From: a virus
Length of the DNA: 64,000 bases
Virus record (IMG/VR): IMGVR_UViG_3300045135_002242
Coordinates: 1-64,000 of that record
Direction: 5' to 3' (one strand)
Part shown: piece after piece, positions 18,777 through 27,587 of the stretch
Layout: each line of letters starts with the position of its first letter
Numbering within the stretch: position 1 is the first letter of the stretch
Position numbers and translations under genes: made by a program
The notes under the pieces: model-generated
The model's database searches: none
Seen by the model: only the letters and a program-made list of their open reading frames with translations
Told to the model about the DNA's origin: nothing

Positions 18777-18983
18777 TTAGAGCTATATCATACCTCTTGG
18801 TTTATATATCGCTGTCGTGGGCAGCGTCACTTTCGTCGCTTGGGATGTTGGCATTCTATATGCCATGAACCATTTACTGATTTTTCGAATCAGCGTAGCA
18901 GTCGGAGTTTTAATTGGGATGCTCTTTATCTTTGATAAAGAAAGCCAAGATTGCGCACGGATCATTGAAAAAGGATTGACAAA

Positions 18984-19625
18984 ATGAAAGTATTCATCGG
19001 ACCTTATCGTGGTAGAGTAACCAACAACCTCCACAGTCGCTACATGAACAGGAAATACCAATTTGATTGGCCAGATAAGCAAACGTACTTTGAGAGTTTC
19101 TTGGAAGGGTTCAATGATGGTATTCAGTTCATTTATGATATTACCATCAACAAAGTTCTAGAGCTGATTCAGCACGAAAACCAAAAGATTAACGTACAAA
19201 TTGATTACTGGGACACTTGGAGCATGGATCACACGTTGGCACATATCATCGTGCCAATGCTCAAACAACTAAACGAAACCAAACACGGAGCGCCTTTCGT
19301 AGACGATCAGGATGTTCCGGAAGAATTGCGCAGCACTTCCGCTCCCCCAAAAGAAAACAACTATGACGTTGATGCCAACCACTTTAAGCGCTGGGACTGG
19401 GTGCTACAGGAAATGGTCTGGGCCTTTGAACAAAAAGCACGCGATGATTGGGAAGGCGACTATTATCAGTATGAGCACTTTGAACCCAAAAACGAAGGCT
19501 CAATTAGGGACAAGCTCGGTTTACGCTTGGTGTGGGAAGACCCTGAAGGGCGTAAAGCACATCAAGAACGGATGTCCAATGGCTTCCGCCTATTCGGAAA
19601 ATACTATGAAGAATTGTGGGACTAA
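18984..19625 (+). CDS. Conserved phage hypothetical protein
   Basis: DYWDTWSMDHTLA...GFRLFGKYY. Confidence 0.75.
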   Translation: MKVFIGPYRGRVTNNLHSRYMNRKYQFDWPDKQTYFESFLEGFNDGIQFIYDITINKVLELIQHENQKINVQIDYWDTWSMDHTLAHIIVPMLKQLNETKHGAPFVDDQDVPEELRSTSAPPKENNYDVDANHFKRWDWVLQEMVWAFEQKARDDWEGDYYQYEHFEPKNEGSIRDKLGLRLVWEDPEGRKAHQERMSNGFRLFGKYYEELWD

Positions 19626-19628
19626 GCA

Positions 19629-20792
19629 ATGAACTATGAATTTCCAATTATCCGTACAATTGACGATGTGCTTCCTCACATCAAAGATCGTGAAGAATTT
19701 ATCATAGCCGAACGTGAGTTCGGTACGGTGATTAATTATCAGGTTGAAATGCCGGATACTTTTCCACCTATTAAAGTTTCTAATGGGTCTCCTAAAATGT
19801 GTAAAGAGCGTGCCTTGACTAACGCGATGCGCCGTGAGTGTCGTGGTATTATCTTCGATAAAACTAACAAGATTATGTCACGACCTTTTCATAAGTTCTT
19901 TAATATCAACCAACATATTGAAACCCAAATGCAGCAGATTGATATTACACAACCTCATAGCATTATGGAAAAAATGGATGGATCTATGATTCGCCCTATT
20001 TTTGTTAAAGGGGAACTACGCCTAGCTACTAAAATGGGTGTTACTGCTGTTTCCGAGCAGGCAGAAGAATGGTTAATACTACAAAGCGGTTACTATAAAG
20101 AATGGTTGCAAACACAACTTCAAAAAGGTATTACCCCAATCTTTGAATGGGTTAGTCCTTTGAACCAAATTGTATTGGCATATGAACAACCAGACCTCGT
20201 ATATTTGGGCAGTCGTGACAATATAACAGGTAACTACTTTAACCAAAAAACTACTCCTTTCACCTGCTGTCCTACTTATGGCAGCGTAAAAGAGGACCTA
20301 GGTGCATACGTTGCTCTCAAAAGAAAGGCAAAAGACTGTGAAGGGGTTATCATCCGCTTCAATGACGGTCATATGCTGAAAGCAAAGAATGATTGGTATG
20401 TACGCATCCATAAAGTTTTAGATAAGTGTCGATTTGACAGAAATATTATTGAGCTAATCTTAAATGAAGAACTTGATGATGTAGTTGGTATGGTACCGGT
20501 AGATGTTTCTATGCGTATGCGTAAGCTTGAAAATCTATTTTGGAAGGCTTTTAAGCAAAAAGAAAATAGACTTTACGGACTTCGAATCGCATGTCAGCAA
20601 TCTTATGGGGATGACCGAAAGCAAATTGCCCTTAAACTTGTTCCGACCCTTAAAGACAAAACAGACGCTTCTTTTATTTTTAAAATGCTAAAAGAAAAAA
20701 ATATAAGAAATCTTATGCTGGAGCATGTACAAAAAAGTGTTAACAGCAATACCAAGTGGGAAACCTGCTCAAAGTGGTTAGGTATGTCATGA
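19629..20792 (+). CDS. RNA ligase 1 (T4 Rnl1-like)
   Basis: RECRGIIF, RPFHKFFN, EKMDGS, EGVII, KAKNDWY. Confidence 0.9.
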   Translation: MNYEFPIIRTIDDVLPHIKDREEFIIAEREFGTVINYQVEMPDTFPPIKVSNGSPKMCKERALTNAMRRECRGIIFDKTNKIMSRPFHKFFNINQHIETQMQQIDITQPHSIMEKMDGSMIRPIFVKGELRLATKMGVTAVSEQAEEWLILQSGYYKEWLQTQLQKGITPIFEWVSPLNQIVLAYEQPDLVYLGSRDNITGNYFNQKTTPFTCCPTYGSVKEDLGAYVALKRKAKDCEGVIIRFNDGHMLKAKNDWYVRIHKVLDKCRFDRNIIELILNEELDDVVGMVPVDVSMRMRKLENLFWKAFKQKENRLYGLRIACQQSYGDDRKQIALKLVPTLKDKTDASFIFKMLKEKNIRNLMLEHVQKSVNSNTKWETCSKWLGMS

Positions 20793-20980
20793 ATAATACG
20801 GCTTTTAAAACAGCTGGAAAAATACGCCCTGTATACAATGAAAACAATAAAATTAAAGGGTATTATGTAGAACGTCAAAACACAGGACCTATTTTCGTTA
20901 ATGACGTTATTAATGCCTATTATAAAAAAGGAAGTACGGTTGCCATTGACCGATGGGGCCGTCCTTGGGTAAAAGGATAA
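20789..20980 (+). CDS. Hypothetical protein
   Basis: ATGA overlap with RNA ligase stop. Confidence 0.55.
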   Translation: MNNTAFKTAGKIRPVYNENNKIKGYYVERQNTGPIFVNDVINAYYKKGSTVAIDRWGRPWVKG

Positions 20981-20983
20981 AAC

Positions 20984-21532
20984 ATGAACTGCTACATGAT
21001 GGTAGGACTTCCCGCACTAGGTAAGTCAACAAAGATTAAAGAACTAGAGAAGCAATATCAAGATCGTTCTGATTACTGGATTTACAGTACGGATATGTAC
21101 ATTGATGCCGTTGCTGAAGATAACGGTATTACATATAGCCAAGCTTTTGAAGACAACATCAAAGCAGCTACAGAATACAATGATAAAAATCTAAATATTG
21201 CAATTAAGCTCAAAAAAGATATTATCTGGGACCAGACCAATCTGGGTCTGACCAAACGCAAAAAAATTATTACTAAAATGAAAAATGCCGGGTACAAAGT
21301 ACACTGCATTTATATTAAAGCTCCTGATAAAACTTTTTCTAATAGTAAAGAATTGTGTGATGAATGGGCAACTAGGCTGGAATCTCGTGAAGGAAAAGTG
21401 ATTCCTACTCCGGTTATGGTTAATATGATTAAAAACCTAGTTGAACCTTCTATCCAAGAAGGCTATGATAGCTTTACTGCTTTTGATATGAATGGTAAAT
21501 TACTTTTTAATCTAGGTGCATACTATAACTAA
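20984..21532 (+). CDS. Polynucleotide kinase-like P-loop protein
   Basis: GLPALGKST, STD, WDQTNL...R. Confidence 0.85.
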   Translation: MNCYMMVGLPALGKSTKIKELEKQYQDRSDYWIYSTDMYIDAVAEDNGITYSQAFEDNIKAATEYNDKNLNIAIKLKKDIIWDQTNLGLTKRKKIITKMKNAGYKVHCIYIKAPDKTFSNSKELCDEWATRLESREGKVIPTPVMVNMIKNLVEPSIQEGYDSFTAFDMNGKLLFNLGAYYN

Positions 21533-21550
21533 TTTAAAACTGGGTGCTTT

Positions 21551-21847
21551 ATGTTTACATGCTATTTAGGAAGAGTAGGGATAGCTTTTTCAATACTCCT
21601 CAACGTAATTTTAGGTGGGCCTAATAACCAAACTTTTAGTGCTAGAAACTACCACCAAAAACTAAATAAGAAACCTAATATAGTGTGGCTAATCGACCTA
21701 GTTTTTTGGTTTGACCCGCAGCATTGTTTTCATTCATGGGTATACTATAAAACTACTAAAGACTTAAGAGCTAAGCACAAAGTACAGGACATGGTTAAAA
21801 ACTCAAATGCTCGTTATGTAGAGTTAGATTACTACGAAATGGAATAA
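21551..21847 (+). CDS. Hypothetical protein
   Basis: LLNVILGG...TFSAR...IDxxF...HC. Confidence 0.7.
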   Translation: MFTCYLGRVGIAFSILLNVILGGPNNQTFSARNYHQKLNKKPNIVWLIDLVFWFDPQHCFHSWVYYKTTKDLRAKHKVQDMVKNSNARYVELDYYEME

Positions 21848-21849
21848 TA

Positions 21850-22047
21850 ATGATTACCCAACAAGACATTGACGACGCCAAAGAATACCAAGAACGGCCA
21901 GAAGCTACAGAAAATGTGGAAATTGAAGTAGATGAAAAAAACATTAACATTCTACAAAAACTAGGGTTAGAACTTTTGATTACTTGCGCTACCCTTCAGA
22001 TTTCTACTAAAACCGCTTTTGAAAGTATTTTTAATAAGTATAAGTAA
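21850..22047 (+). CDS. Hypothetical protein
   Basis: 65-aa ORF. Confidence 0.6.
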   Translation: MITQQDIDDAKEYQERPEATENVEIEVDEKNINILQKLGLELLITCATLQISTKTAFESIFNKYK

Positions 22048-22056
22048 TGCTTAATA

Positions 22057-22133
22057 GGTCCCTTAGCTCAACTGGATAGAGCAGCTGACTTCTAATCAGC
22101 AGGTTCAAGGTTCAAGTCCTTGAGGGATCACCA
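22057..22133 (+). tRNA. tRNA-Arg(TCT)
   Basis: GGTCCCT/AGGGATC acceptor, GCTGA-CTTCTAA-TCAGC anticodon arm, GGTTCAAG, CCA end. Confidence 0.95.
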
Positions 22134-22143
22134 GCTTATACAT

Positions 22144-22227
22144 GGGGATGTGGTGGAACGGTAGACACGCTAGATTTAGGTTCTAGTGCCATAAGGCGTG
22201 AGAGTTCGAATCTCTCCATCCCTACCA
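22144..22227 (+). tRNA. tRNA-Leu(TAG)
   Basis: CTAGA-TTTAGGT-TCTAG arm, long variable arm, GTTCGAA, CCA. Confidence 0.95.
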
Positions 22228-22230
22228 TAT

Positions 22231-22290
22231 CGTCCAGCCTGCAAAGGACGTTAAGAGCAAAGCAGGGGAGTAGGGGTACCCTACCGGCTT
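22231..22290 (+). ncRNA. Predicted pseudoknotted RNA in the tRNA array
   Basis: CGTCC/GGACG stem; loop CCTGC pairs GCAGG; hairpin GTAGGG/CCCTAC. Confidence 0.5.
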
Positions 22291-22377
22291 ACTAAGTCGT
22301 AGGTGAAAGATAACCCTTTTACCCTTTGTAATTATTTTATAACTGGTGCAGAATAATATTCGTAAGACACTAGTTAA

Positions 22378-22461
22378 GCCCCCTTGGCGAAAAGGTAGAC
22401 GCGGGAGACTTAAAATCTCCTTCCTTTAGGAGTCCCGGTTCGAGTCCGGGAGGGGGCACCA
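22378..22461 (+). tRNA. tRNA-Leu(TAA)
   Basis: GCCCCCT/AGGGGGC, GGAGA-CTTAAAA-TCTCC, GGTTCGAG, CCA. Confidence 0.95.
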
Positions 22462-22467
22462 AATTTT

Positions 22468-22543
22468 GGTTCTGTGGTGTAAAGGTTAGCACAAAGCGCT
22501 CATAACGCTTCAGGTCTGAGTTCAAGTCTCGGCGGAACTACCA
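22468..22543 (+). tRNA. tRNA with CAT anticodon (Met or Ile2)
   Basis: GGTTCTG/CGGAACT, AAGCG-CTCATAA-CGCTT, GTTCAAG, CCA. Confidence 0.9.
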
Positions 22544-22549
22544 AAATCA

Positions 22550-22626
22550 GATTCTGTATCCCAGCCCGGTAGAATAGCAGACTCATATTATGTCAGTCGT
22601 AGGTCCAAATCCTACTACGCAGACCA
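22550..22626 (+). pseudogene. Degenerate initiator-like tRNA (CAT)
   Basis: CAGCCCGGTAG D-loop, CTCATA, GTAGG-TCCAAAT-CCTAC T-arm, ACCA end; acceptor and anticodon stems broken. Confidence 0.6.
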
Positions 22627-22629
22627 ACA

Positions 22630-22699
22630 TGGTACTGATGAATAACAGGAAAGCATCAGTTAAATCGCACATATGTGCTCCTGTGTGTAGAGCCCACCA
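22630..22699 (+). ncRNA. Second predicted pseudoknotted RNA, ending in ACCA
   Basis: ACTGATG/CATCAGT stem; loop ACAGGA pairs TCCTGT; internal GCACATATGTGC hairpin. Confidence 0.5.
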
Positions 22700-22739
22700 C
22701 TTTCTTAAAATTACATAAACTTAAACTAGAGGTAGTTAC

Positions 22740-22940
22740 ATGGACGATTATCTTTCCGAGAAAGCTTTTGCTGATTGGTTTTACCAAAAAAGTAACAGCC
22801 AAGAAACTAAAACAGTAAACCTAGTTGATAATAAACTAGATGAAGTAACTAAGTGGGTAGAAGACTTAGCAAAAACCTCTTTTAAAGCAGGTTACAGGGT
22901 AGGACATACCTCAGCCAAACAACAATTTAAACGTCATTAA
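22740..22940 (+). CDS. Hypothetical protein
   Basis: GAGGT SD. Confidence 0.65.
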   Translation: MDDYLSEKAFADWFYQKSNSQETKTVNLVDNKLDEVTKWVEDLAKTSFKAGYRVGHTSAKQQFKRH

Positions 22941-22952
22941 ATCAGGTATATT

Positions 22953-23234
22953 ATGGCAAGAGCACAAGTAAGGGTAAATAAAGAGCTATATTTTGATATA
23001 ACAGCTACGGTAGCCGCAACACCTTTTAAACAGCCAAGTATTGTTTACGGAATGCCCGCGTTTATTGAATACGACAATATTGACGTTCAAGAACTTGAAA
23101 TTAATGGTATTAGTATCGACTTAAAAAAATTAAAAAAAGCAGGGTTTAAAGACTTAGCGGAGTTGTTTACTGAATTTGTAGAAGAACAGATTGATGACAT
23201 AGATGACTACGAATGGGACTTTATTGACTACTAG
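22953..23234 (+). CDS. Hypothetical acidic protein
   Basis: 93-aa ORF. Confidence 0.65.
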   Translation: MARAQVRVNKELYFDITATVAATPFKQPSIVYGMPAFIEYDNIDVQELEINGISIDLKKLKKAGFKDLAELFTEFVEEQIDDIDDYEWDFIDY

Positions 23235-23242
23235 GAAATTAT

Positions 23243-23656
23243 ATGAAATATACTATCTTTTCAATTGATAATCACACTGATTGGCACACTAGCGCAAAGT
23301 TTATGCGGTATGTAGATGAAATTACTGCTATGAATAAAGTTAAAGGCAACTTTATTCAATGCGTAGGTTCTTGGGAGAATACTATTGAGCCCTCCTTTAT
23401 TTGCAGAACTGACGACTTCCTCAACTATCTTCTTCCTAGTGGTTATTTAGATAACCAGTCATGCGTACTGCAAGTCTCTGAGTGTAATAAACAATATGCA
23501 CAACTTTTATCTATTCCTGACCTGGTACCTCATTATATTGGTTCTTTGAAATGCGTACCAAAGGAAGAAGCACTAAAACACAGCGCATGGACCTACCGTC
23601 CTGATATTAATCAATATTGGATTACTGTAAAAGAAAATCCAGATCGTTATCAATAG
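23243..23656 (+). CDS. Hypothetical protein
   Basis: AGGA SD; GSWE...EPSF...AWTY. Confidence 0.7.
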   Translation: MKYTIFSIDNHTDWHTSAKFMRYVDEITAMNKVKGNFIQCVGSWENTIEPSFICRTDDFLNYLLPSGYLDNQSCVLQVSECNKQYAQLLSIPDLVPHYIGSLKCVPKEEALKHSAWTYRPDINQYWITVKENPDRYQ

Positions 23657-23667
23657 AGGTATATGTT

Positions 23668-24048
23668 ATGGTCCGTATAGTAAGTGAAAATGAATTTAGA
23701 GAAGTATTTTGCGCTAAACTAGACGAAGTAAAAAACAAATTTGATTATGTAACAGGTCCAGGACGTAGTGGAGCAGTAGCAGCTGTATACGCTTCTCATT
23801 ATCTTGGTTTGCCGTTTCTGCCTTATAAGTCAAAAATAGAAAACAAAAAACCTCTTATTGTTGACACCGCTATGATGACTGGCAAAACTCTACGCAAAGC
23901 GTCTAAATTTTACAATAACGCCCCTTATGTCTATGCATATCTTGAAGGGCCCCGAGTTAAATTTTGGTATGAAAAACTATCAGCTGTTCGTGAAAGAGGT
24001 CATGAATATCCTAATAGCACCAAAAGTAAAAATCTGAAAACACAATGA
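23668..24048 (+). CDS. Phosphoribosyltransferase-like protein
   Basis: VTGPGRSGAVAA and LIVDTAMMTGKTL (PRPP-binding loop variant); GAGGT SD. Confidence 0.65.
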   Translation: MVRIVSENEFREVFCAKLDEVKNKFDYVTGPGRSGAVAAVYASHYLGLPFLPYKSKIENKKPLIVDTAMMTGKTLRKASKFYNNAPYVYAYLEGPRVKFWYEKLSAVRERGHEYPNSTKSKNLKTQ

Positions 24049-24428
24049 CCCCTACTTTAACTTGTTTAGCTTTAGCTGCTTACATGGAAGCACGACAACA
24101 TTACAAAACTCCAGACGCTATGGCAGCTGTAGTAGCCGTTGTACTGAATAGGGCAAAAGACCCTAGGTGGCCTGACACTCCCTGCAAAGTAATTGCAGAG
24201 CCTGGGCAATTCCCTTGGTACACTACTGTAAAACGCCCAGCTACTAAGGGTGCTCCAGATGAATGGGCTTGGAAAGTTGCTGTAGACGTTGCAAAAGATA
24301 AGCACTTCGGTATTACATCAACACATTTTCATACTGTCGGAAAACCACAACATTGGGCTAACGCATACAAATTTGACGGTATAATTGGTGGTAACGCGTT
24401 TTATACAAACAATACTAAATGGAAATAG
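24045..24428 (+). CDS. SleB/Hydrolase_2-like cell wall hydrolase
   Basis: CLA...EAR, VVLNR, GQFPW, THFH. Confidence 0.85.
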   Translation: MTPTLTCLALAAYMEARQHYKTPDAMAAVVAVVLNRAKDPRWPDTPCKVIAEPGQFPWYTTVKRPATKGAPDEWAWKVAVDVAKDKHFGITSTHFHTVGKPQHWANAYKFDGIIGGNAFYTNNTKWK

Positions 24429-24781
24429 ATACAAAAATGTAATAGTAAAAGGGTATTAAATGCTACGTGACTGGTTAGGTAGAGTACTAATAGGTCTTGG
24501 GTTTCTAATAGTTACAGAAAAATACGCTGACAACTTTATTGAAGCTATACGTAAAAATCCTTACGATCCTAAACGTATAGTAGAAGCATGGAGAGGTAAC
24601 TAGTGTCAAATACTGACAAACTAAAAACATCAAATTTTATTTATGACAATCTTCATCAGTGCTTTTTATTAAATGTTCCAGAAGAAGTTCTTCAAAAAGT
24701 AAATTGGAAATTGTGTGATGATCTAGCTTGGTGTTTTAAAAATAATAAAGTTTATATAAAAACTATGAGAAAAAATGAATA

Positions 24782-25075
24782 ATGTATAACTATGTAACCA
24801 TTGAAGATTGGGATATTGACTTTGATGAAGGCACAGCAGAATTTACTATCGATAATAGTGCTGAAGAAGATTCTTTTATGTCTGTAAAAGTGACCTTAGA
24901 GCAATACCCAAACTATGATAACCCTATTTGTGTAATTGAAGAAATTACAGAATGTCGGGAGACAGGGCAAAACGGTAGAGATACCCAAGTTTTTAATCTT
25001 TCCGACGCAAAAATTGACATAATTAATGATATTCTGACTTCAGAATACTCTAAATACTTAACAGGATTAAAATGA
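24782..25075 (+). CDS. Hypothetical acidic protein
   Basis: 97-aa ORF. Confidence 0.65.
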   Translation: MYNYVTIEDWDIDFDEGTAEFTIDNSAEEDSFMSVKVTLEQYPNYDNPICVIEEITECRETGQNGRDTQVFNLSDAKIDIINDILTSEYSKYLTGLK

Positions 25076-25317
25076 AACTACTAAAATTTTACGCAGAATG
25101 GTGTAACCCTTGCAAAAAGCTTACAGAAATGCTTGAAACTGTTACACTTCCTTATGAAATTGAAGAAGTAAATATCGATGAACATATGGACAAAGCTCTA
25201 CAATTTAACGTAAGAACAGTGCCTGCTATGGTTCTTGTAAATGAATATGATGCAGTAGTTAACCGTATGACAGGGTTGCCTGCTAACGCCCAAGAACTTG
25301 TAGACACTTTTAAATAG
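25072..25317 (+). CDS. Thioredoxin
   Basis: FYAEWCNPCK, VRTVP. Confidence 0.9.
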   Translation: MKLLKFYAEWCNPCKKLTEMLETVTLPYEIEEVNIDEHMDKALQFNVRTVPAMVLVNEYDAVVNRMTGLPANAQELVDTFK

Positions 25318-25327
25318 GTTACGAGAA

Positions 25328-25588
25328 ATGATTGATGTTTTAGGCCACCCTATTATTAAAGGGGCAAAAGTACTTACTAGCCACTACAGTAGCCCCAATA
25401 TGAACTACGTTACAACAGTTAAAAAAGTTAATAAAAAAACGGTAGTAGTAAAACTTCCTGTGCTAAGGTGGAATAATTTTTCATGGGAATCTGACTGGCG
25501 TGATGTAAAAAGAACTCCTGATAAAGTTGTTGTAATTACCAATCAGCTGGCGTACAACAAAAAACAGTACCCAGAGTATATTCTATAA
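25328..25588 (+). CDS. Small SH3/KOW-like protein with PE-tag
   Basis: DVLGHPIIKGAKV; ends YPEYIL. Confidence 0.75.
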   Translation: MIDVLGHPIIKGAKVLTSHYSSPNMNYVTTVKKVNKKTVVVKLPVLRWNNFSWESDWRDVKRTPDKVVVITNQLAYNKKQYPEYIL

Positions 25589-25818
25589 TGCATGACGCTA
25601 TTAATCAACCTGTCCAAATAGGAGATGTTGTGGCCTATAAAACAACATACTCATCTAAAATAGTTTTGGGGTATATTACTAAAGTAACTCCTAAAGGAGC
25701 TACAATTAGTCTTTTTAGCCAGCCAGACCGTAAAATTAACCGAAGTTCTGACAACTTTATAAAAATTAATTATCAATGGAAAAAATTTAAACAAGAACAT
25801 CCGGAGGCTTTTATATGA
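25588..25818 (+). CDS. Small SH3/KOW-like protein with PE-tag
   Basis: DAINQPVQIGDVV; ends HPEAFI. Confidence 0.75.
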   Translation: MHDAINQPVQIGDVVAYKTTYSSKIVLGYITKVTPKGATISLFSQPDRKINRSSDNFIKINYQWKKFKQEHPEAFI

Positions 25819-26336
25819 GTATGCTAGTACAAACTAAAGAGCTACTTGCCCAACAAGGAGCTTTTAGCGGTGAGCAAAATCAACATCTTGCTGACGTAGT
25901 AAACGCCATTAGTTTTCCTACAATTAATCCAAGGATGAAAGCCGTAGTAGGGGTAGCCCAAATTACAGCTTTTGCTAGTCAATTCAGACGAAATATTGAA
26001 CTTTGGGACGAAGCTACTGAAGTACCAGTAAATGCTATTTCATTCGTAATTACAGGGTCAGGTGCAGGTAAAGACTCTTCTGTAAAAGCAGCCCGTAAGT
26101 GCTTTAAAAGCGGTTACGCCCTTATTGAACAAGCTTCTAACCAAAAAGCTATTCAGCTTGCCATAGAACAAGCAAAAGAAGAAAAGCAGACAAACCCTCA
26201 AGACGAAGCTATTTACCGTCCTTACCTTAAACCAGTGCCCCCTATTGATATTATGCCTACTACAGGCCCAGGGCTTATTCAGCATATTAATGATATTGGA
26301 GATATTGGCCTAGGGGCAGGTTTTATGTACTCTGGT
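25815..26336 (+). CDS. Helicase-primase, exon 1
   Basis: Walker A GSGAGKDS; ends YSG at the intron. Confidence 0.8.
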
Positions 26337-26646
26337 TAACGTAAGTAGTTGTAAATCTTTTGATAGCAGTTAAGATGAGAATAAACAAATGATATTTTCT
26401 GCGATCTTTAGAGTAGCATACTATGTTACATAGCCCCTCTACATGGTGACATGTAGTTTGCAGTTCTCTAATTGCTGGGAACCCTTTAGAGCCCCACAGA
26501 CTCCCCTAAGCAGTAATGTGTTAGGTATAGTAAAACTAGTGAGGATTAGGCAATCAGCAGCGAAGCTTCCTATTAGGAAGAACGTTCAACGACTATCGCG
26601 TAAGCGAGTACACCTAAGTAGGTGGAAACGGGAACTATGTTTGGTG

Positions 26647-26675
26647 TTGACTTTATTTACTTAAGTACGTATAAT
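26647..26675 (+). promoter_or_regulatory. Sigma70-type promoter for the intron endonuclease
   Basis: TTGACT-17 nt-TATAAT. Confidence 0.8.
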
Positions 26676-26708
26676 AACGACATTAAGTTAAATATATAAG
26701 GAAACACT

Positions 26709-27518
26709 GTGAAAGAAATCTGGAAACCTGTAAAAGGTAGAGAAGACTTTTACGAAGTATCAAATACTGGAAAAGTTAGATCTTTAGTAGGTAGATACAA
26801 AAGTAAAGAAATATTTGAGTTAAAGCAGTATGTAAATAAAAAAGGTTATTGTTCGTTAGACTTAGCTATGCCAGAACTGAAAAAATATTCAGTACATAGG
26901 TTAGTAGCAGAAACTTTCTGTGATAAACCTGAAGGGCATAATGTAGTAAACCATATAGACAATAACCCCAGTAATAATATTTATACAAACCTTGAGTGGA
27001 CTACGTATAGTGGAAACCTGAAACACGCACAAAATCAAGGACGTTTATTTAACGCCCAGTCTAAAGGCGGTAAAGTTACAGGTAAACGAGCATCAGAAGC
27101 CCTATTTACAGCTACTACAGAAATGGTAGGCAAAGAGTATGGCAGTCTTACTGTAATATCTGAAGGTTCAGTAGTAAAATACAAAAACGCTAATAGACCA
27201 CGACTAGTATGCAAATGCACTTGCGGTACAGAAAGTGAATATTGCAAAATACAGCTAGAAAAAAGCAAAGTCACTAAATGCAAAACTTGTGCATCAAAGC
27301 AACTTGGGTATGAAAGACGTAAAAAACGCATACAAGAGTTGGCCAATACTGCCGCAGGTAACTTAGTATTTACAGGTATTAGCACAAACTCAAATAAACT
27401 GGATATGAAAGACGTAAAAGTGCAATTATATAACATTACTACTAATGAATATGAATGGCACTCTTACAGAAAAGCAACCAGTTCCAGATTTCTTAATAAA
27501 CATAAAGATATAGTCTAG
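26709..27518 (+). CDS. NUMOD4-HNH homing endonuclease (intron-encoded)
   Basis: WKPV..YEVSNTGKVRS, VHRLVA, VNHIDNNPSNN; stop lies in the S element. Confidence 0.92.
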   Translation: MKEIWKPVKGREDFYEVSNTGKVRSLVGRYKSKEIFELKQYVNKKGYCSLDLAMPELKKYSVHRLVAETFCDKPEGHNVVNHIDNNPSNNIYTNLEWTTYSGNLKHAQNQGRLFNAQSKGGKVTGKRASEALFTATTEMVGKEYGSLTVISEGSVVKYKNANRPRLVCKCTCGTESEYCKIQLEKSKVTKCKTCASKQLGYERRKKRIQELANTAAGNLVFTGISTNSNKLDMKDVKVQLYNITTNEYEWHSYRKATSSRFLNKHKDIV

Positions 27519-27587
27519 TCTTATGTGAAAGCATAAGCTGCGTGTAATGACGCGAGGGTAGATTAACGACCTACCCTGAATATAACG

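Larger units (their letters stand above)
26337..27587 (+). mobile_element. Group I intron 1 with HNH ORF
   Basis: P AATTGCTGGGAA, Q AATCAGCAG, R GTTCAACGACTA, S AAGATATAGTCTA; 5' splice after GGT, terminal G; splicing gives in-frame YSG|EFSDEL. Confidence 0.9.

Noticed and set aside
26443-26664. 73-aa ORF inside intron 1 (similarly 47562..47747)
   Set aside because: Overlaps the ribozyme core elements; not credible as a protein.
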